This document shows, piece by piece, positions 26,001 to 38,000 of a stretch of 64,000 nt of DNA. A program made the position numbers and the translations under genes. The DNA lies in NCBI RefSeq assembly GCF_031769215.1, contig NW_026781955.1:1116001-1180000 (forward strand), read 5' to 3'. Source of the stretch: Ylistrum balloti. Taxonomy: Eukaryota. The notes under the pieces are model-generated. The model ran no database searches. It was not told where the DNA came from and saw only the letters and a list, made by a program, of their open reading frames with translations. How positions within the stretch are numbered: the stretch's first letter is position 1; each line of letters opens with the position of its first letter.

Positions 26001-29000
26001 TACCTTAATCAGATTTACGTAATAAATAATCAGATGATTGTTGCACGGAAGAGTTAGATGTGAACTTTTACCTTAGTTTAAATCTTCTATTATAAAATTA
26101 TTTTTTATAATGACCCATTTTTACTTTATTTGCAGGATTTACTGGAATCCTTCTTACCCTCATTATCATCATAATGTATGTGTTTGCCGTCCCGTACGCA
26201 CGTCGGCACCTCTTCAACGCCTTTTGGTTCACCCATAATTTTTACATACTCCTCTACATCTTCCTAGTCCTCCATGGCAGTGGGCGGCTCGTGCAGAATC
26301 CGCTCTTCCAAAACTTCTTCTATGGTCCACTTATTATATATGTCATCGACAAACTCATCAGCGTAAGCCGAAAAAAGCGAGAAATATCTGTTATTCAGGC
26401 CGATCTGCTACCATCAGGTAACAATATCCGGTTATCTCATTTTTCACGTATAAGCGTAACGTTATATTTCAAATCACTTTTGTATTTTGTCCCTTATTTC
26501 ACAATGTCTTGTTATATTACCACTCCCTATGGTAACTAATGATGGTATGTTTGTCCCTTCATTTTCTTTGTAGTATATACTCCACGTCAATTGGCATCAT
26601 GGTAAGCTAACTCATCTGATGTCGGCGTTGTGGATATTGATATCAATTTGTTGTGTTTATGATGTATATTGACGATATGATGTTTTATTCCTGTTTAAAA
26701 TTCTTCCTGCATGTTTGTGTTGATATTGTTGTTAGTTAACCTAATGCATGTTGACGTTTGTCTATCAGTTCACGTAACCAAAATCGATGAAACTCACTCA
26801 AATGTATATATTATGATAATAGTAACAGATTTATTTGACAAAAATTTCCAACCTTTCTTCTTGAAAAGATAAAACATAAAATGATTGAAATCTGAGTGTT
26901 AAAATTATACTTGTATTTATGATATTGACCTTCACCGTTGTAATTATGTCATTCAATTTGTTTACAGATGTCACAGGCTTGAAATTCAAACGTCCACTGG
27001 ACTTTGATTACAAATCTGGACAGTGGGTTAGAATAGCGTGTCTAGACCTCGGAGAAGATGAATACCATCCGTTCACGCTGACGTCAGCACCTCACGAGGA
27101 TTTCCTAAGTCTCCACATCCGAGCCGTGGGTCCATGGACTATCAACCTCCGGAATACGTATGATCCTAATAATCTTGGAGACCGTATACCACCGAAGGTA
27201 CGGTAAAAAACATTAGTTCAAGTGTCTAGTAGATAAACAAATCTTGTTCTCGTTTAGATTTACTAGATAGTGATAGGGTGTTTACATTTTAGGAAAAAAG
27301 AAGAAGAAACAAACAAACATCAAAAAATGATCTCAATAAATTTGAACTTGTGTGATAAACAAAAAAAACCTAAAATTTGATTAATTTATGTACATAGATG
27401 GGCCGTTTGGGGAGGGATTATTAGGATGTGATTCACGACCATTTGATAGTGACACGTGTGTTTATGGACTGTCTGGGGAGGTGATACCAATTGTCCTATC
27501 ACAAAGACTTGACAGTGCTGTACAATAAGTTGGATTTGTTTGTACATGTGTACATAAACGTATTAAATAGATTATTTTAATTGAAAATAAGAATTAGATA
27601 GATAAGAGCCAAAGGGACGATATTACCAGATTTTGTTTTCACTAAGACTCGATTGTTGTACAGGTGTACGTAGACGGACCGTTTGGTGAAGGACACCAGG
27701 ACTGGTACAAATATCCGGTTTCCGTCCTTGTCGGTGGAGGTATTGGAGTCACGCCGTTTGCTTCCATTTTAAAAGATATAGTTCATCGTTCTCAAATTGA
27801 TAATCAGCGTATGACTTGCCAAAAGGTAAGACCACCGCAACTTTATACTGGCAACTATTTCCACTTTCAAAATAAATACAAATGATCCAATCTTGGAATG
27901 CAATCGGACAGGATAACTATATATCGAAACTTAACTTCATGCCATACTTTGTATTATTCTTTATATAATTTGATTTGCTGATTATGATATCTCGTGACAC
28001 TAGTTAGGGTGGTGAAATGCTATCTTATTATTTCATAAGGTATACTTCATGTGGGTGACTCGCACCCAGAAACAGTTTGAATGGCTAACCGATATTATCC
28101 GGGATGTGGAGAATGCCGACAAACAGGAACTGGTCGCTGTCCATATCTTCATCACACAGTTCCAACAGAAGTTTGACTTGAGGACTACAATGCTGGTGCG
28201 TACTATATTCATTCTCATAATGCCTTTAGAACTTTCACGTTATATTGTTAATCGTGTTTTAAAACATCAGTTTTACATCTTTGCAAATGCCGCACACATA
28301 AAATGATGAACTTACTGAAACAAATGTCCGTTGCTATATACAATGGAGTCCGCTGGGAAAGATTTGCGCATCCTTATGCTAATATCATTTCAGAGATAAT
28401 ATAAAAATGATGTTTAAGAAAAAGCTTAAAAAAATCATAATTATCGATGGTAATTTTACTCAAATGTAACTTATTATTTATTAACTTTAATGAAAACTTC
28501 CGACGAATCTTTGACCGACTTATAGTATTACCATAATGGCAAAATTTAGAAATAAACTAAATTTTACGTGCAAAATACAAGCTTGATTTTGGTAGAATTC
28601 ATATTGCAAAATTCAGCATTCAAAGAGTAGTAATTTATATGGAAACGTTCTAGTTTTCATGGAAATATTAATACTTTGTGGTCTCTATATCTGTACCAAC
28701 AGTACATTTGTGAGCGCCACTTCCACAAGGTAGCCGGTAAGAGTCTGTTTACTGGATTATCTGCCACCACTCACTTTGGACGGCCTCAGTTTCAGGACTT
28801 TCTTACTTCACTTCATCTGGAACACCCCACGGTAAGGCAGGAGTTCCGGTAAACTTTTTACGTCACTTTCACCGTTTATCAATAATGCCAAAAAGGAAAA
28901 TGAAACAATCATGGTGGTTAGATTCAACAAAAAGATTTCTTCTCAATAGAATAAACAAAATTGCTGGCAAACATTTCATTTCTTGCGCTCTGAGAAATTC

Positions 29001-29238
29001 TACGAAATAAAAAAAAATATTTTAGAATGACTTGTTTTAGATTTGCAAAATACATCGTTATGGTATTATTTGGTAAAACCCGTGTTTTAATATCTATGAA
29101 TTATGATTTCAGGTGAAACAAGTGGGTGTGTTTAGCTGTGGACCTCCTCCAATGACTCTGAAAGTAGACAGAGCATGCACAGAATTGAATAAAAATATCC
29201 GCTTGCCGACCTATAGTCATCACTTTGAGAATTTCTAG
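5942..29238 (+). CDS. DUOX: Dual oxidase (peroxidase-like domain, TM, EF-hands, 6-TM ferric reductase domain, FAD/NADPH-binding domains); spliced, 5'-incomplete in this window
   Basis: Hand-traced GT-AG exons, all phase-compatible: 5942-6103, 6263-6447, 6991-7210, 7380-7546, 8229-8316, 8723-8849, 9025-9136, 10695-10788, 11740-11909, 12119-12303, 12676-12806, 13176-13337, 13810-13926, 16078-16286, 16680-16865, 17804-18026, 18359-18452, 18897-19078, 19967-20039, (optional 21152-21178), 23989-24176, 24406-24636, 25151-25244, 25789-25838, 26136-26417, 26968-27197, 27664-27825, 28040-28195, 28703-28831, 29113-29238 (TAG). Motifs: [46 protein letters not shown]-hand [22 protein letters not shown], heme His pairs (DFHK..MHCVGH; THNF..VLHG), [25 protein letters not shown]-terminal HHFENF. 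Confidence 0.96.
15817..16022 (+). mobile_element. tRNA-derived SINE
   Basis: Head GGCCGCGGTGGCCGAGGGGTTAAAG (A-box), decayed B-box (gggtctcaagtcc), central ggcagttttttccccagaaacgccggctttcatccgcc resembling the GGTTTTCTCCGGGTACTCCGGTTTCCTCC core of many invertebrate SINEs, and an A-rich tail gatgtaaagcaacaaaaaac. Confidence 0.65.
19116..19304. mobile_element. MITE with imperfect terminal inverted repeats (Tc1/mariner-like TA ends)
   Basis: 5' tactgtaaaatcattaattttcgtggg versus 3' cccgcgggaatatattattttactatg, with internal ccacgaa/ttcgtgg repeats. Related fragments lie at about 37960-38115, 39700-39826 and 41590-41650. Confidence 0.65.
22060..22760 (+). mobile_element. Decayed, internally deleted L1/Tx1-like LINE ORF2 fragment
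   Basis: Peptides [26 protein letters not shown] (pre-RT), then KFNLLGIDY...[31 protein letters not shown] / ALPNPDD...[16 protein letters not shown] (post-RT). Stops and frameshifts are present. Confidence 0.75.
23049..23088. repeat. (GT)n microsatellite
   Basis: About 20 consecutive GT units. Confidence 0.95.
27388..27505 (+). pseudogene. Intronic relic copies of the start of the DUOX NADPH-binding exon (YIDGPFGEG)
   Basis: 27389-27417 matches 27665-27693 at 24/29 nt. A second, more decayed copy (atggactgtctggggaggtgatacca) starts at about 27464. No acceptor AG. Confidence 0.6.
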
Positions 29239-30837
29239 ATATGCTCGAAAACATTACATTTAATATGGGAATGTTGACTATACGGTTATCTTCAAAGACA
29301 TGAAATAGTAGCATATATATATTAGATATGTATATAATTAAATTAGATTGTAACTTTACACCTGTATTGTCAATATTACAAAATATTAATATGTACTTTC
29401 AATTATGAATGCCACAGATCTATACATTTATATAGTATATCATACAAGTCGATTGACTAGGTATACTATGCTGTTCTGCCAGCAATCGTTTATGTTAGCT
29501 TTCACGTAAATAAAGTCCGTATTTTCTTACCTCCATGTGCAACAAAGAAGCATGGAAATTACATTTAGACTCTCAACCAAAATATTTGCTTACGATACAT
29601 TTTGATTTAGTGTAAAAATTCTGAACAAAAAGTGTTGGAATTTAATTCATGATTGTTTAGAAACTCCATTGAAACTAGAAATATATCCATGTACTCCTTA
29701 AAATTCAAATGAAATATCTCTCGTGTAAGGATTTTATTTAGGATTCCATTAAGGACCATTTTAATATTTTTTTTAATATGATGTTTTGAATCTCCGTTTT
29801 TCCCGAATTTCGTTTGCGTAAATAGTACATTAACTACTCCAATTTTAATCTGCTCAACATAAACATGAACAAACTTAAAAAGTCGGGAGTTAACAACAGG
29901 AAACACGAAATGCCAACAATAAATTATACGTCTATCAAATCTATAATAGAATATAGAAAAATCAATAACTGTGTGGTCAACAACAGTCTTCAAATGCACG
30001 GCGATTGTTATTGTAGCAGAACAAACGAATATCATGAAAAATTTTCATGTAAATATATATATAGTTCATATTGGTTAAAATCTATTTGTGTAAATAAAAT
30101 GTCCATGTAAGCTCTGTTAATATAACTTCTTCCTGATAACCTAGAGGCTAATTGCAGTCTAAGCTACATATGTATACGGTGTTATGCTCATTTTTTGTCA
30201 TCCGGAAGAATGGTGACTTGGAATAAAAAGAGCGAGTGTACTAAGTACATATATTGTAAATAAATATTTGCAGCAAGTCATCTTCCTTTAACAAATTAGT
30301 GTGCCATTCAGTTTGTCAGTTTTATACCAGGAATGAGGAACAAATGTACCAAACGATATTACAAACATGTACTTATTTTTCATAGTTTACTTTCACGATG
30401 TATTCAAAGTTCCATGTGTCAGAAACGCTCTTAAATAGAATAATAGTATTAATTACATCACGAAAGTACTATTTTTATTTAAATCATTATTTAAAGAGTC
30501 GTTTTTTAAGTGATACATACTATAAAGTTATCGAGAAACAAAAATAAAGAATAAAATTGTCACAGAACACCTTTCTCGAATAACAAAACCAATTGAAGCA
30601 CAATTATCACAATGAAAGGTCTTTTCTAATTTCAGGATATTTGCCACTTAACATAGCAGTGGTTTGTGGATGGCGGTAATTTGAAAAGTGAAAAACATGA
30701 AATAGAATACATATGATTTAAATGCACGCATCGAAGGTTAACGGTTTACTTAAGAATGATTAAACGTGTCAAGCATTCCAGTTAGCACATCAGTTAAGTA
30801 TAAAAAGGCGATCTTACATTAAATAAATGTTAAAGTG

Positions 30838-30935
30838 GGGTTATTTCCGCCGGGGCCGGGGAGGTAACTCATCGAACCCGGACGACTCGTTGAATAGCGA
30901 GTACGTTACCACTTCGCCGCCCGACCCTGACGGGC
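30838..30935 (-). mobile_element. tRNA-derived SINE head
   Basis: On the - strand, A-box-like GGCGAAGTGGTAACG (30918-30904) and B-box CGGGTTCGAT (30880-30871) at tRNA-like spacing, without a complete cloverleaf. Confidence 0.55.
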
Positions 30936-32519
30936 ATATTTTTTTTTTAAACTTGTACTCAAAGTATGACAAACAACCACATCAAGGAATGTTGTTCAAA
31001 TCTTTTATTAACTAAATTACTGTCAAATATTAAAAAAATTATCAAGTTTATTTTCTTTTTGAAATGATTATATGGACAACAGATGTTTTTTTTATTCTCA
31101 TGTAATAAATTATAAATATATCCCATATGGTAGATAAAGACTGTGTCTTGAGCACGTGTAAGCACGTTTTGTAAAAGAACTATGGAATATTGAATTTTCT
31201 AAATAATTGTTCACTAAAACTATTCAAAGTAAAGCTTTACAATTAGATTGACAATTTGTAGAAACATAGCACATGCAATGGACTTAATACATTGTAAGAG
31301 GATCAGATAAATCGTTTGCCGAAGCTGTTTGCCATGAATTTTTTGTATGGGTGGATTTCTTTTGGTTTTTTTTTTGCGATTCTTTAGCTTTCTATAAGTA
31401 ACATGAGGTAATGAATCTTGACCTACAGGTAAGAAATTGTTTAAAATTGAAGTTCGCAGTAATACATAAAGGTCTGTAACTGAGTCCTCTACGCTGATTT
31501 AATATATTATTAAGATGTGTCCAATGCAGAAATTTATCTTCAACACCTCATACATATGAAGATTATTTCATCATGTATGGTGTTTGTATAGATGTATTGT
31601 AATCATTATATAGATAGAAAAATCACGGAATCTATTGCATTCATTTTCTTCAATCAATGTGACAAATACCAGAAAGTCGGAATGGATAACTATGTAAAAC
31701 GGAGATGTCAGATTGCCAGAGCAGAAATGGGTCCGAATGAGAATTGTACATGGCAAAACCTTGTAGTTCATGACGTTTTGTTGAAAAACTAGGAAACCTG
31801 TGCAGTAATCGATGTAGAGATTGGTTCTATAATAAAATGGACTTTAATTTTGACCGGAATTTATTTCCTTTCGATGCGTTGCGGAATAAGATTTTGACTG
31901 CCCGCGTTAAAACTGTAGCACACAATGTAAATCAATTTCAATACAAAAAAGTAACATCTGATTGCCAGCCATAGTGATTTAAAAGAATCAGAATGCCATT
32001 CCCAATGTTAATATATGAAAAAGTGTTTGTTAACATATTTGTTGTCATTTGTCAACATTATATGGTGTTTATATAATGTTTTTCACCGAAATAAAATCTT
32101 TTGTGTATTGTGTGTCTGTGCTCTGAAGTTAATCATCTTACTCGACATTTCCGGTTCTTAACTTCATTCCTTAAAGTATAACTATTGTTTATATGTTATT
32201 ACGTGAAATGTGAACAACACGTTATAAATGCTATTGTTTTGCAATTACACGTAACACAACATGTAGACAAATGACTACTGTTTGTAAATAGTTACACACT
32301 GCTGTAATCAACGATTGCAATTAATTTAAATGAAAATCTATTACTATTTGTATATATTTTTATAGCGTACATTTTCTAGCAATTTTCGAAGTCATTGCAA
32401 TACGTAAATGGAAAGATTTTAGCATTGTCACTTAAATCAAGAAAAAAGTTATCAACATTTCTTTTATTATCGCGACCTTGACTACTCTTTGTATGGTATT
32501 ATAACCACAATGGGGAGTT

Positions 32520-35032
32520 TTACACACTTTCTGACATTTCCACAGCCCTGTGTATGTTGCTAAGAGAGTCATCAGTTGCCTGTGTTTCTCCACTTCTTTC
32601 GCGTTTCAACTGATTCCTAAAGCGTCGCTCAAACGCCCTCCTCAACGTGCGACCTGTGGAGAATCCACGTTTGTTGAAGATTGCACTATTTCTTCTGCGG
32701 AGGTTAGCTTTCTTATTTGGACAGTCTTGTGAGTGATAAGAAGGTGGATGTGCTGTACTAGAGGCGCTAGATAACGTATCAGTATACATATTAGATGACA
32801 TCTCGTCGTCGTCATCGACATCTTCTTCCTCGTAATCTGCAATGGGATCGTCGTAATCGGGTTCTGGTTCGTTTTCAATGTTGATGACTCGTTGAAGCTC
32901 CATGGTTTTCATGATGATTTCTTGAATTTTATATTTCTCTGTAAACTTTTTACCGCATGACACGTCAGTTATGGAAAGAACATGAAGGATGGTCCCCCAG
33001 CGATGAGAAAGCATACCAATAAATTGAAAAACCAAAATAGTGCCAAATAATCCAAGGAAAAACATACCGAGAGGTTCAAATGTTAAATCCTTTTTCAAAG
33101 GATCGTAATGGGGAATTTTAATGAAAAGTGCAGTGTCCTTAAACTCGTCTTGTAACAGCTGCAACTGCATTGTCAGTGCAATCCATAGAGCACTTGTCAT
33201 GAAAAACCCAAACACAACATTATTCCGGAGGTTCTTTAGGTCAGCTGCGACTTTTTCTTGGTGAATTTTGTCCTCTACAATGGGATGAAGATATCTCTTT
33301 AGAAGTTGTCCCCAAAACAACATTTCTCGCTGGTCCATCCTCTTTATTGGCCCCTCCCCACACACAGAGTCCTGCAGCCATCCAGGATTCTCTGGGTCCT
33401 CATTTTTCATCCACAATGGAGTTTTATCTGTAACATCCGGTTTTGACATGAATGTTTCTGGCTTATGGCTTTGTCGTTCGTTCGAGCTTTCGTGTTTAAG
33501 CACCTTGGTGTCTGCTTTACAGGCATCTGTCATCGCTGAGAACGGCCGAGACCTCGGTGGCATTTTTGTATCACGGCTTTGTCGTAACTCGAATACGAGT
33601 TCTTCCAGAAGTTCGTCGGTTTTGGATTTAGTATCCAGTTTAGGCACTAGAGTTGCTTGGCGTAATTGTCGAAACATATCTGCTGTTTCATTCAAAAAAC
33701 TATCTAGACCTAGCCAACCTAGGATACCTTTCCTTTGACGTTTCAGTCTTTTTTCCTCCAAAGCTTTCTTCTCCTCTAGCACTTCCTCTTTAGACTTCCG
33801 CATCGGAAGTTCTCTTGTTCCCCAGGAAACTATGTGCAGATTGCATAGGTAATATATAGTAAGCACTAGGTATCCCGTTGGTATGCATATGAAATATAAC
33901 GCACCAGGGATGACGCAAGCGAATTCCTCCGGATGCATTAAGGCTGCAACGAAGAAAATGATGACAAGAATCAGAAGAAAGACGACGTTCGGACTGGTCA
34001 ACGATCCATCTATGGCTGTCCCAATGGTCCCTATCAACACAATAGTCATAATTATAGCATAACACGCGCTCATTATTGTTGCTATGGTAACTTGTGTGGT
34101 TGGCTTGGCGTATATGCATAGTACAATGAATGCGATTGGAGGGATCAAAGACAGTGCGTACGATTGGACGACACTTGTCTTGAAAACGACTGAGAACGCC
34201 CCTGCCATCATCAAAAGCACGGTGGCAGGTCCTAACAAGGTGGAGACAAGAAGAAAAAACTGGTAGAGAACATAAGGCGTGCTGATGTTATCGTTCAACC
34301 TGACTGTGTTCTTCCAGTCGCCGAGTAGGTCGATGACATTTGCCAGAGTTGATGGTCCCCACCTACGTCGCTGATTAAAGAATTCTGAAAATGTCTCAGG
34401 CGCGTGAGTCAATGCATCTGCAGCTGCGCAGTAGTCGATTCGATAGCCTTGTTGGAGCAGGAGAGTACTTAGCCAACGATCCTCGCCTACAACAGGATGG
34501 GTAGTACATCATTGGTATAATACAGATTTAGTTGATTCCTTCCTAATCTAATCAATACACTATAATGAGTATTGTTCAATTTCCTTTATAACTTTTCATA
34601 TGTTAATAGGGTCGGACAACAGGCTAGGCTTATATTAAGCCTTTTGAAATCTAGATCATGAATATAACACATAATCCTCATTAACATTATAGCGATCCAA
34701 TATTTTAAAGCAGACGAGGGGAAGTAACTCAAATTTGTTATGGAATATAAATGACTTGTTAAATTAGTATATCTGAAGTATGTTTTGAACATAATTATGC
34801 AGATAATACGAATTTATTGATAGTTTATTGAACATTGATTCAGGTATAAAAGTCCCTGTGTATACACACCTTGACCATCCACCCATTCGGTAGGTATACA
34901 ACTATGTATTTTTATGGTTAATTATAATCTAGTTTTTCCAGATGTAAATTGTTATTTTTATCTATATCGGAGTTGGTCCTCTTACTACAGCATATAGTAA
35001 GTTAAATATAAGTATATATATATATATATATA

Positions 35033-35079
<47 letters not shown>

Positions 35080-38000
35080 AAAACAATGAAAATCGGTCAA
35101 GCAACTCTCTAGGTTACAGCGCACGTGGTCCGTGTTGCATTTTTATATTGCGTTACGATGTTTTTCGGGAAAAACACAAAACGAAAAAAAATTTCAAAGT
35201 TTACTCTGCGTTTCTTTATCCCTTGAGTATATATACAATAGTATACACTACATAATGCCTACCTAGTCCAGTCAGAGTTGAAATGCACTCTTAATAAGGA
35301 TTGTTTCCATCAGGTTACATTTTGGAAATCTTTACAAAAATAAAGTACGAGGAAAGTCACACATCAAATTTATTGGTTTATTGAATGTACACAGTTGCGT
35401 TATGCAAGAGAGTAATATTAATATGTTTCACAACCATTCAGAAGAGTTTCCGAGTCAAAATGGCGATGATCTATTGGTGTTCCTATTTGTGATATGCTAT
35501 GAATCAGTTGTTCTCTATGGTCATTATATAGTGGACATTCAAATAGAAAGTGTTACACTTTTTCATTAATACATCTACAGGCTGCTGATTATTGTTTTCA
35601 TATATACTTGTTAACGATACTATAGGTTTACCCTAATCCCAATAGACTTCTCATTCCCTTATTCAGACAAGGCTACCTTGCTTTCTCTATACAACATTAA
35701 TTCTCAACATGATCACTATTTACCTTTTTTATAATAACCCCCATTACCTTGATCATACTGGACGTACTGGCCCGCTTCTGTCGTACGTATGGCGTAAGTC
35801 CGTGCGACATTATCATCCATGAGTGCTGACCCCCGAAACAAGCTGAAGCACCCTGGGGCACACAGGACACATCCAAATACATGCTCGGTGGCTTTCTGTA
35901 GCCAGTGGCCAATCGCGTACTCAAATTCCTGATACCACATAATGGGACCTTTGAGAGAGATCAAACAGGAATAAGGGTTATTTCTTTTGAACACGTGTCA
36001 ATTAAGTGAAGTAATGTATTAGATTATGTCAACCCGGTATAATGCCATCAAGCGTTGTCAGTATATGCAAAATTGCTTTTACTATTAATCAGAAAGCGGC
36101 AGATTGTACAAAAGACGCAAAGGTGAATGGCACCACTCAGTATAAATCTAAGCATTAGAATCGCAGTTCAGTCAGAACTGAAGTAAGCCATATTATTCTG
36201 TTTCTTGATCCGAACTCGCCATTGATGCTGGTTAAATGATCTTATTTCAAAACACAGCCTTTTTCTTCAACAAATATTTTTTCGGTAGAGATACATGAGC
36301 GGATAATCACCTAGCAACAACGAGTTCTTTTTAAGTTAAATGAATATGAAGCTTGCAACAATAAAAAATTACCAGATCCAACCGGATGTATGCGCCCACA
36401 TGCTGCGCCAACTTTTTTGTTTTTCTTCAGTCTGTCCACCAGTAGTCGCACAGCGTCTGGTTTGAAATCTACGTCACCGTCCAGAGTCAAAATGAAAGTA
36501 TTTTCTGCCTGAAAAAAAATGACAACAAAATCATAATCCAACTCAAATTCAATTCGATAAGATCAGAAAAAAAAGATAAATGGAACGATTTACACAAATA
36601 CTCCTGAAAAAGTACAAGGAGAATAAGATAAATTGTTACGAAAGGGGAAACATCCTCATCGCAGACAAACGCCATGTAAATCAAGATGAACGAAAATATG
36701 TTTTGAATGAGCACCTCTATGCTTTGGTTATTTTTTTTATATAAGTAGATCCCCTCATTATCTAGGATTTTGTTTTGATTCTAAAAAGCAGCGTGTTCCG
36801 CTCACTCGAGCATTAAATCAAATTTTTATTCATTTATTGATAAAAGTTTGGACATGCCTGGAAAATTCATTTTCAGTATTGCACACTTGGCTGTCACATG
36901 TTCAAATAGTGACAATTAGAGTTGTTTTTTCATCACTGTCCTAACTCTTTTTTTGTTAGCTTGACATTAATTGATTGAGATATACAAAAGGGATGCCAAC
37001 AATGAATATGAAGACAGATTTGTTATCATTTTGTGTGTATATCACGTTAAATTTCAAAAAAATATATATTTTTTTTACTTTTTTTAGAAACACATACTAA
37101 AGCATCGTGATTGTCGAGAATCTATTTTTGTTTATGAGTCAATGTATATGTTTATATCATATATCAGAATACCTGGGTATGGACCTCGTCGCTGACGTAG
37201 TTGAATATGACACTGCGCGTAAAATGTGACGATTGTCGACGTTGTCGAAGCTGTGTTTCTGTAAGTTTGACGCGATGAGTGTTGGAGTCGTTGTCTGGTG
37301 TACTCGTTGACCCCAAGACATCACGATGAATTAGGTTTTCAGGTTGTGCTAGGATCCGATATCCAAGTAAATAATACATGTACATTACCTAATGGAATAG
37401 ATAAATACATATATAACCTCTGTATTCGCCATTTATGAAAATCAGATTGATTTATTCTGTTGTGTTCAGCGAGAAACTTTTAAGTCTCATTTTGTAAACC
37501 TAACTGAAATTTTCATCAATATCTGCATATTGTAGACAGCAGACAGCCGATTGTTCTAAACAATCTGAAATCACATACATAAATCCTCCTACCGTTTCGA
37601 TAGTCATTTAAAGAAAAACTAATAATTTCCTAAGCGGTAAGCTATTGTACACGTGCATGGTATTTCTTACCTGTGACCAGCGTTTCTTGTGGCGTATCTT
37701 GTGTTTATCCTTCAGATGGACGACGAGGCGGGTGCCTCCAGGTAAACGCCAAGTCATCCGTCCTCCATAAGGGGTCGGTGTGCGCACAGGCGGGGCCAGG
37801 GTCATTTGACGCTCGTGGACGGAACTGGGAGACACAAAATAACGTATACCATTCAGACCTCAATCAACAGTGTGCGTATACTTATTATTTTCTATTTATA
37901 CTAATTCTAATAGTCATTTTATATCATTCTCCAGGATAATGTAAGATAATTAATTTTGGGACAAATTTATTTTCATTGATTTTGTGGGTGCTCTTAACCC

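Noticed and set aside
29607-30110. 142-aa and 81-aa ORFs between the two genes
   Set aside because: AT-rich overlapping ORFs with no recognisable motif or splice context; consistent with 3' UTR or intergenic DNA.
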